From IMG/VR virus record IMGVR_UViG_2778261064_000018: DNA of 4,076 nt; one strand, written 5' to 3'. The DNA comes from a virus. Lineage: Duplodnaviria; Heunggongvirae; Uroviricota; Caudoviricetes. Each line of letters opens with the position of its first letter. The stretch's first letter is position 1. The notes beneath the pieces are model-generated. The model saw only the letters and a program-made list of their open reading frames with translations, made no database searches and was not told the DNA's origin. The position numbers and the translations under genes are program-made. Positions 1 through 4,076 of this stretch are shown one piece after another.

Positions 1-74
1 CATCCTGTATTCGTGGCGTTCTCCGGGCGGCTGGTATATTGCTTCGGTGACACTGAGAAGTTTAAAAGCCATCG

Positions 75-785
75 TTACACCCTCCCCAGTGCCAGCGGTC
101 TGTTGCTCTGACCATTAACCCCCTGATGCAGCCTGGCGTTTTTCCCGGCGATAAAACCGGCTGTAGCGGCAAACTCTGCACCCCGGCACGCTTTAGCTGT
201 GCGCATATCCCCGTCGCGCAGCCCCTTAGTGCTGTGCAGGTTCTTTCTGTAAAGCTCAAGGCGGCTTTTTTCTTCCGGGGAGACGTCATACACCGCAATG
301 ACATCACGGGCACCAAAGACCCAGCCTTCGCAGAACTGGTCGCCACGGGCCACCCGCGTGGACGGACCACAACGTTTGCAGTGTTTATCCTGATATTTCT
401 TACGCTCTGCCATCATCTGACGGGAAAGCACATCAAACGCGTAAGCCGCGATTTCCGGGCGGCTGTCAGAGCCATAAAAACGCACGTGACGTTTGAGTGA
501 ACCAGAAGCCCGGTACTCGCCGGAGATGTAACACTCGACACCGAAGGCTTTACAGACCAGGTCACACAGGATGTGCATATAACGCGGCGGCGTACTGGCA
601 TCACTCGGCGCACCCGCGCTGGCAGCTTCCTGAATGTCGAACAATTCAGCGTCGTTTTCGCTGATGCCATGCTGGCGCATATAAGCCTGGGCTTTTGCAA
701 TAGCGTTAGCGGCTTCTTCCGGGCTTGATGTCCCTCTGGCAAGGCGTAACAGTTTTTTGATTTTGGCAATGTATTTATCTTTCAT
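75..785 (-). CDS. Conserved prophage early-region protein, DUF2786-like N-terminus (236 aa)
   Basis: Long minus-strand ORF, ATG at 785..783 and TAA at 77..75. The N-terminus MKDKYIAKIKKLLRLARGTSSPEEAANAIAKAQAYM resembles, from memory, the K-I-x-K-L-L-x-L-A / Ala-rich helix signature of DUF2786 prophage proteins. The central part carries several Cys, including a CxxC (HCKRCG). Only a weak Shine-Dalgarno is visible, and the gene starts 14 nt after the stop of the 799..981 ORF. Family name unverified. Confidence 0.8.
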   Translation of the reverse strand: MKDKYIAKIKKLLRLARGTSSPEEAANAIAKAQAYMRQHGISENDAELFDIQEAASAGAPSDASTPPRYMHILCDLVCKAFGVECYISGEYRASGSLKRHVRFYGSDSRPEIAAYAFDVLSRQMMAERKKYQDKHCKRCGPSTRVARGDQFCEGWVFGARDVIAVYDVSPEEKSRLELYRKNLHSTKGLRDGDMRTAKACRGAEFAATAGFIAGKNARLHQGVNGQSNRPLALGRV

Positions 786-798
786 AGTCGTCTGAATC

Positions 799-981
799 TC
801 AGCATCCTGAATTCTGAATTACGCAACTTCCGGTACGGCCTTCAGGAACGTGGGGAGTTCGTTCTGGCTGCGGCGCTGGATGAACATCTGCTGTCGACTG
901 AGAACTGGTCGCAAGACGATTAAAACAAACGATTGTCAGATTAATTTCGCGGGCGAATTTTTTTTGCTTGGCGATATTCAT
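799..981 (-). CDS. Hypothetical small protein (60 aa), coding status uncertain
   Basis: ATG at 981..979 is preceded by GAGGAAG with a 7-nt spacer, and that RBS sits directly 3' of repeat copy 1, the same arrangement as for the 181-aa gene. The C-terminal half (PAPQPERTPHVPEGRTGSC...) looks low-complexity, so this may instead be a leader or regulatory region. Confidence 0.3.
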   Translation of the reverse strand: MNIAKQKKFAREINLTIVCFNRLATSSQSTADVHPAPQPERTPHVPEGRTGSCVIQNSGC

Positions 982-997
982 AAATAAACTTCCTCAG

Positions 998-1055
998 ATT
1001 CAGGCGTAAGCCAGCCCCGGCGGGTTTACGCCATATACAAATAAAATTAAAAACA
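998..1055. repeat. Intergenic direct repeat copy 1 (~58 bp) with embedded imperfect-palindrome hairpin at 1003..1032
   Basis: attcaggcgtaagccagccccggcgggtttacgcc followed by an AT-rich tail ending aaataaaattaaaaaca; near-identical to 1623..1680. The hairpin arms GGCGTAAGCC / GGGTTTACGCC give about 10 paired positions on the DNA. Lies between the 181-aa ORF stop (1062) and the 60-aa ORF start (981). Confidence 0.85.
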
Positions 1056-1061
1056 GACTTA

Positions 1062-1607
1062 TTAACTACGACGTTCAGCTTTCCGGTAATGACGGTCAAC
1101 AGACTTTACGAACGCCTTCACATCACGGGAAATCGAATCCAGCGGATAATATTCATCCAGTAGTTCCATTCCACTGAATCGAATCTGAAAAAAATCAGGC
1201 TTATCTTTATATGACTCCATCAGGTCAATAAACCGCAGCTGACGCGGGAGGGATTCCTGCACGCCTGAAATAGTGAGCAAATCATCTTCAAGGATGTATG
1301 CGAGGTCTTCCATATCCTTACAGTCAGACAGCATGGATATTCTTGTCAGTATGTTCCGTGTGGCGATATACAGCGCGGCTGTGTCATTCGCCATCATGGC
1401 GAACAAATCCCCCTGAATATAAGCCCCCTTACTGGCCATAGCATTCCCGGCAATCTGCGCATCAAGTACCACATGCATAAAATCGGCAGGTGCTCCCAGA
1501 TGGCCCAGCAATGATGACGCCCATAACGTTACATTGGTTAACTTCTCAGATGAACGGGTAGCAAAACCTTCAGGAGTAACAATAAAATCCCAGACTTTAT
1601 CTTTCAT
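1062..1607 (-). CDS. Hypothetical protein (181 aa), no recognisable family; candidate accessory/moron gene
   Basis: Minus-strand ORF with TAA at 1064..1062. The ORF track begins at a TTG (1613), but an in-frame ATG at 1607..1605 is preceded by AAGGGGA with a 7-nt spacer, so 1607 is preferred. Flanked on both sides by the 58-bp repeat and visibly more AT-rich than its neighbours. No catalytic motif recognised. Confidence 0.75.
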   Translation of the reverse strand: MKDKVWDFIVTPEGFATRSSEKLTNVTLWASSLLGHLGAPADFMHVVLDAQIAGNAMASKGAYIQGDLFAMMANDTAALYIATRNILTRISMLSDCKDMEDLAYILEDDLLTISGVQESLPRQLRFIDLMESYKDKPDFFQIRFSGMELLDEYYPLDSISRDVKAFVKSVDRHYRKAERRS

Positions 1608-1622
1608 ATACAAATCCCCTTA

Positions 1623-1680
1623 ATTCAGGCGTAAGCCAGCCCGGCGGGTTTACGCCTGTTTTAAATAACAATTAAAAACA
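1623..1680. repeat. Intergenic direct repeat copy 2 (~58 bp) with embedded hairpin at 1628..1656
   Basis: attcaggcgtaagccagcccggcgggtttacgcc plus tail ...aaataacaattaaaaaca. Differs from copy 1 by a 1-nt C deletion in the loop, a 1-nt indel in the tail and a divergent 6-nt stretch right after the hairpin. Lies between the 63-aa ORF stop (1688) and the 181-aa ORF start. Confidence 0.85.
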
Positions 1681-1687
1681 AATTAAA

Positions 1688-1879
1688 TTAATGCGGTGCT
1701 TTCAGTGTTTCGACTTTAACGAAATAAGGCTCGACATTAATTTCAACCACACAGCCACATTTAAAATCTCTGGCCGGTGCAACAGTTTTTACCACCCGCC
1801 CACCACGCACTGCCCGGTGTGCAATGTGCATGAAACGAGTACCTGGCGGATATAGCTGATTAAAGCGTTTCGCGTTCAT
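1688..1879 (-). CDS. Hypothetical small protein (63 aa)
   Basis: ATG at 1879..1877 with an upstream AAGGATGGAAG purine-rich stretch. Overlaps the 3' end of the upstream gene by about 20 nt, consistent with translational coupling. Stop at 1690..1688, just before repeat copy 2. No family recognised. Confidence 0.45.
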   Translation of the reverse strand: MNAKRFNQLYPPGTRFMHIAHRAVRGGRVVKTVAPARDFKCGCVVEINVEPYFVKVETLKAPH

Positions 1880-2093
1880 GAGGCGGCTTCCATCCTTTCA
1901 GGTGAGCGTTAGCGCAGAACTCCGCACGATGTTCAGCCCAGATGCGGCGCAGGGTGCTACACGGGCTTTGCGCTGCCTTACGCCACAACTTTTCAGCCTC
2001 GGCATAATCGCCGCGTTGTTCTGCTCTGGACGCGCCCAGCGAATACGCCGCGCAACTATTTCCGGCTCTGTACTCTTTGATATCCTGATGCAT
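1860..2093 (-). CDS. Small helical protein (77 aa), possibly ANR-family-like regulator
   Basis: The track ORF (1860..2204) overlaps the upstream gene by over 100 nt. The internal ATG at 2093..2091 lies 1 nt after that gene's TAA (2097..2095) and is preceded by AGGGG with a 6-nt spacer, so it is the preferred start. The product MHQDIKEYRAG...DYAEAEKLWRKAAQ...RRIWAEHRAEFCANAH has a W...W...R...C pattern that I recall, without certainty, from ANR (AraC-negative-regulator) small proteins. Confidence 0.5.
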   Translation of the reverse strand: MHQDIKEYRAGNSCAAYSLGASRAEQRGDYAEAEKLWRKAAQSPCSTLRRIWAEHRAEFCANAHLKGWKPPHERETL

Positions 2094-2094
2094 G

Positions 2095-2739
2095 TTAAAC
2101 CCCTGCAATATCAAGCGGGATTGCGCGGTATTCAGCAGAATCACCGACGCGCTCATACACGCGGATATAGCTTCTGCTGCCAACCACCTGGACGGCTTCA
2201 CCAATCAGTTTCATGGCGTTATCCCAGCGTTCCTCCGTAATATCGAGACGACGCAGAGCCAGAACGCGCCCGGTGTTAATGTTGCCTTCCTTGTCCGTGC
2301 TGAATGCCTCGCTGATGATGGCTTTAATTTCAGGGCGTGCACCTTCCGTCCAGTCAGCCAGACAGTCATCAATCAGCGCCTTCGCGGTCTGAATGCGTTC
2401 ATCAAGCGCGATACGGTCCTGCATGGCGCGCTGAATCTTGTAACGCCCGTCAAAGCTGTAAAGCGTGATATTGCCTTTTTTGCCGCCTTTCACAGCGCCG
2501 TATTTCTCCGCCGACAGGTCAATAAATGCCTGAATATCACCAAACGCACGCAGTTTCAGTTCCCGCAGTGAGGCGGAGGCAGCAATCACCATCTCCACAA
2601 GCTCACCGACCAGCTGCTCGCGGTCGCGGTCGATATCTTTGATAAGGCTTTCAGGTGTCATTACGCCACGGGCATCCACCCAGTAACCTTCAGGCGCTTG
2701 AGTTTTCGTGTATTGCTTAACTTTATTTTCAGTCGTCAT
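2095..2739 (-). CDS. Conserved prophage protein (214 aa), possibly DUF3164-like
   Basis: ATG at 2739..2737 preceded by TAAGGTAA with a 7-nt spacer; TAA at 2097..2095. About 200 aa, acidic, with an N-terminal ...PEGYWVDARG... segment. Size and position downstream of a B-like ATPase fit the DUF3164 family as I remember it from Mu-like prophages; unverified. Confidence 0.8.
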   Translation of the reverse strand: MTTENKVKQYTKTQAPEGYWVDARGVMTPESLIKDIDRDREQLVGELVEMVIAASASLRELKLRAFGDIQAFIDLSAEKYGAVKGGKKGNITLYSFDGRYKIQRAMQDRIALDERIQTAKALIDDCLADWTEGARPEIKAIISEAFSTDKEGNINTGRVLALRRLDITEERWDNAMKLIGEAVQVVGSRSYIRVYERVGDSAEYRAIPLDIAGV

Positions 2740-2768
2740 AATTAAATTACCTTAGTGATATTTACAGA

Positions 2769-2984
2769 TTAATGTGTGTTATGTGCGCGAGGCGCAACGT
2801 TTTCAGAAAAAATATTCACGCCGTTGTAGTCATTTCTCAGTGCTTCCTTGATAACATCATGTAATCCTGTTGCCACCTGAAACTCCCTTTCGGAAGTGCC
2901 GTCCTTCGAATAACTCCCTGTAATCTGGGTTAAAGTCGCGCCTTTTTCATCGGTATAGATAATTACTTCTAACTTAACCCCCAT
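2769..2984 (-). CDS. Small protein (71 aa), paralog 3 of a tandem small-protein family
   Basis: The track start (3005) lacks an RBS, whereas the internal ATG at 2984..2982 is preceded by AAGGAGA with a 5-nt spacer. N-terminus MGVKLEVIIYTDEKG matches the motif of the 83-aa ORF (MSVKLTIVFTDLGNN). TAA at 2771..2769. Confidence 0.6.
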   Translation of the reverse strand: MGVKLEVIIYTDEKGATLTQITGSYSKDGTSEREFQVATGLHDVIKEALRNDYNGVNIFSENVAPRAHNTH

Positions 2985-3165
2985 GTTTTTCTCCTTTGAA
3001 ATCAAACGATTTAAAAATAATTTCGTTCATAAAACAGTGAGTTTTTCTGATAATGTCGGAAACCTGCTCTCCCGTGACATCAGGCGGCAACTGATACGTC
3101 GCGACGACTTTCTCCGGTTTACCTGGCCTGTCCAGGCTGAAAGTTAATTCAAGCTCTAATGACAT
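2974..3165 (-). CDS. Small protein (63 aa), possible paralog 2 of the tandem family
   Basis: ATG at 3165..3163; the upstream sequence TGAGGGCTGAAAA uses the stop of the preceding gene as part of a GAGG Shine-Dalgarno. N-terminus MSLELELTFSLDRPG is a weaker match to the VKLxIxFTD motif. Overlaps the next gene by 11 nt. Confidence 0.45.
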   Translation of the reverse strand: MSLELELTFSLDRPGKPEKVVATYQLPPDVTGEQVSDIIRKTHCFMNEIIFKSFDFKGEKHGG

Positions 3166-3175
3166 TTTTCAGCCC

Positions 3176-3427
3176 TCAATGCATTTGTGTTTCTTGAGGA
3201 ATATACGGACATCCCTGTGCCAGTTGTTTCACGTAGTCATGGTAGATTTGCAGATCAAGCCGTTCATTTCCGTGTTTCTCCTTCAGAACCGTACAAATAG
3301 CGCCGACAGTCCCCAGAGTTCTTGCCGCTTCTTCGAGTGTGGCATTGTCGCCATTTTCCACCCGAATAAGGTTATGGCACTGGTTATTACCCAGGTCGGT
3401 AAATACTATTGTTAATTTCACGCTCAC
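3176..3427 (-). CDS. Small protein (83 aa), paralog 1 of the tandem family
   Basis: GTG start at 3427..3425 preceded by GAGGAA with a 6-nt spacer; TGA at 3178..3176. N-terminus MSVKLTIVFTDLGNN followed by a D-x-[AT]-x-x-E ... G ... L-[KR] pattern shared with the 71-aa ORF. Confidence 0.6.
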   Translation of the reverse strand: MSVKLTIVFTDLGNNQCHNLIRVENGDNATLEEAARTLGTVGAICTVLKEKHGNERLDLQIYHDYVKQLAQGCPYIPQETQMH

Positions 3428-3442
3428 TTTTAATTCCTCGTT

Positions 3443-3682
3443 TTATTGCCATACGACGGTGCAGCCGTCGATACAGGACGTTTTAACCACGCGGCGCAGG
3501 CCGCTGAATGTCTGAACGATTTCCGTTACCGGCCATACAGGACCACCCACGGGCGGGCAGGCATAAACCACAGGTAAACGGTGATGCTGTCCCGTTACGC
3601 GACCACCGGTGGTGTGGATGGCCACACGGGCACGGGAACGGACGGCGTTAATGGTCTGCTTGTCCATCGTCTTGTTCTCCAT
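3443..3682 (-). CDS. Hypothetical small protein (79 aa), translationally coupled to the upstream ATPase gene
   Basis: ATG at 3682..3680 overlaps the TGA (3684..3682) of the upstream gene in an ATGA arrangement. An alternative start is Met6 (MDKQTINAV...). No family recognised. Confidence 0.55.
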   Translation of the reverse strand: MENKTMDKQTINAVRSRARVAIHTTGGRVTGQHHRLPVVYACPPVGGPVWPVTEIVQTFSGLRRVVKTSCIDGCTVVWQ

Positions 3683-4074
3683 CAGTGAATTAACATTTCT
3701 GCGAATTTATCAATGGCCTGCACACTGACCGGTGCATCGCTGATATCACAAATCCGGTACACACCGCGCGCCAGTTTGAACAGGCGGCGGGCATTACCCA
3801 GTGAGCGTGCGTAGAGCGCCTCGCTGATTTCCGGTTCTGCTGCTTCCGGCATCAGCCCGGTAGCTATCTGGTTAAAATCTTCCTGCGACAGCGTATCGCC
3901 CAGGTTAAGCGCCAGCGCCACACGGCTGTATAACTGGGCGAACTCACCGCGACGTCCCTTGAGGTTAATCAGAAGGCGTGGCATACCCGCCAGGACAATC
4001 CCGATACCCGCTTTGTCATGCAGACGGCGCAGAACCTCCAGTGCGCGATAGGGGAGCAGTTCAGCCTCGTCCAC
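3682..4074 (-). CDS. C-terminal part of an AAA+ transposition-type ATPase (Mu B / TniB / ExeA-like); 5' end lies beyond the window
   Basis: The open frame runs off the right edge, so the Met at 4074 is only an internal residue. The segment ...GIGIVLAGMPRLLINLKGRRGEFAQLYSRVALALNLGDTLSQEDF... matches the h-h-G-x-P-x-L...L...QL-SR...L pattern found C-terminal to the Walker B region in Mu B / TniB / ExeA-type ATPases, recalled from memory. Stop TGA at 3684..3682. Confidence 0.6.
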   Translation of the reverse strand: MDEAELLPYRALEVLRRLHDKAGIGIVLAGMPRLLINLKGRRGEFAQLYSRVALALNLGDTLSQEDFNQIATGLMPEAAEPEISEALYARSLGNARRLFKLARGVYRICDISDAPVSVQAIDKFAEMLIH

Positions 4075-4076
4075 CA

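Noticed and set aside
1-74. A further minus-strand gene starting at the left edge (ATG at 3..1)
   Set aside because: Only the start codon would be inside the window, so there is no way to assess coding potential.
126-500. Plus-strand ORF of 124 aa
   Set aside because: Lies entirely antisense to the well-supported DUF2786-like gene, its product is Arg/Pro-rich without features, and every other gene in the window is on the minus strand. Treated as a shadow ORF.
62-769. Minus-strand ORFs 62..370 (102 aa) and 413..769 (118 aa)
   Set aside because: Both are alternative-frame ORFs nested inside the 236-aa gene (75..785), with no RBS and low-complexity, Arg-rich translations.
1062-1607. The 181-aa protein as the Mu Gam host-nuclease inhibitor
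   Set aside because: The size is similar and it sits in the expected region, but I see no resemblance to the Gam sequence as I remember it, so the protein is left unassigned.
1605-1613. TTG start at 1613 for the 181-aa gene
   Set aside because: An in-frame ATG two codons downstream (1607) has better spacing to the AAGGGGA Shine-Dalgarno; the TTG would place the RBS too close.
1003-1656. The hairpins as rho-independent terminators of the minus-strand operon
   Set aside because: On the minus-strand transcript each stem is followed by UGAAU plus an RBS rather than a U-tract. On the plus strand only copy 2 is followed by a T-rich stretch, and no plus-strand genes exist to terminate.
998-1680. 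The two repeat copies as integron attC sites, REP elements or a CRISPR array
   Set aside because: There are only two copies about 625 bp apart with a gene between them, so this is not a CRISPR repeat-spacer array. No GTTRRRY core or integrase is visible, which argues against attC. The sequence does not match the E. coli REP consensus as I recall it.
2093-2204. Long form (114 aa) of the 1860..2204 ORF
   Set aside because: It would overlap the 3' end of the 214-aa gene by more than 100 nt. The internal ATG at 2093 immediately follows that gene's stop and has an AGGGG RBS.
1878-2571. Plus-strand ORFs 1878..2240 (120 aa) and 2092..2571 (159 aa)
   Set aside because: Antisense to the 77-aa and 214-aa minus-strand genes; the translations are Arg-rich and compositionally atypical, so they are considered shadows.
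2984-3005. ATG at 3005 as the start of the 71-aa gene (78-aa track ORF)
   Set aside because: No RBS upstream and a 32-nt overlap with the preceding gene; the ATG at 2984 has a strong AAGGAGA RBS.
3179-3415. Plus-strand ORF of 78 aa
   Set aside because: Antisense to the 83-aa gene, which has a clear GAGGAA RBS and belongs to the paralog family.

Overview
The window reads as one tightly packed, minus-strand operon of about 11 genes, most plausibly the early (semi-essential) region of a Mu-like transposable prophage in an enterobacterial genome. At the right edge is the 3' end of a gene whose product looks like the C-terminus of a Mu B / TniB / ExeA-type AAA+ transposition ATPase. Downstream on the minus strand follow a 79-aa ORF, three tandem small ORFs (83, 63, 71 aa) that share an N-terminal motif, a 214-aa conserved prophage protein (possibly DUF3164-like), a 77-aa small helical protein (possibly ANR-like), a 63-aa ORF, a 181-aa orphan ORF, a doubtful 60-aa ORF and a 236-aa DUF2786-like protein. 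The most unusual structure is a ~58-bp direct repeat with an embedded 10-bp-stem hairpin, present twice (998..1055 and 1623..1680). The two copies bracket the 181-aa ORF and each sits immediately 5' of a ribosome-binding site and start codon, which makes that ORF a candidate accessory ('moron') cassette of unknown function. No rRNA, tRNA, CRISPR array or transposase/integrase gene is visible in the window. All family assignments are from reading the translations by eye, with no database search, and are tentative.
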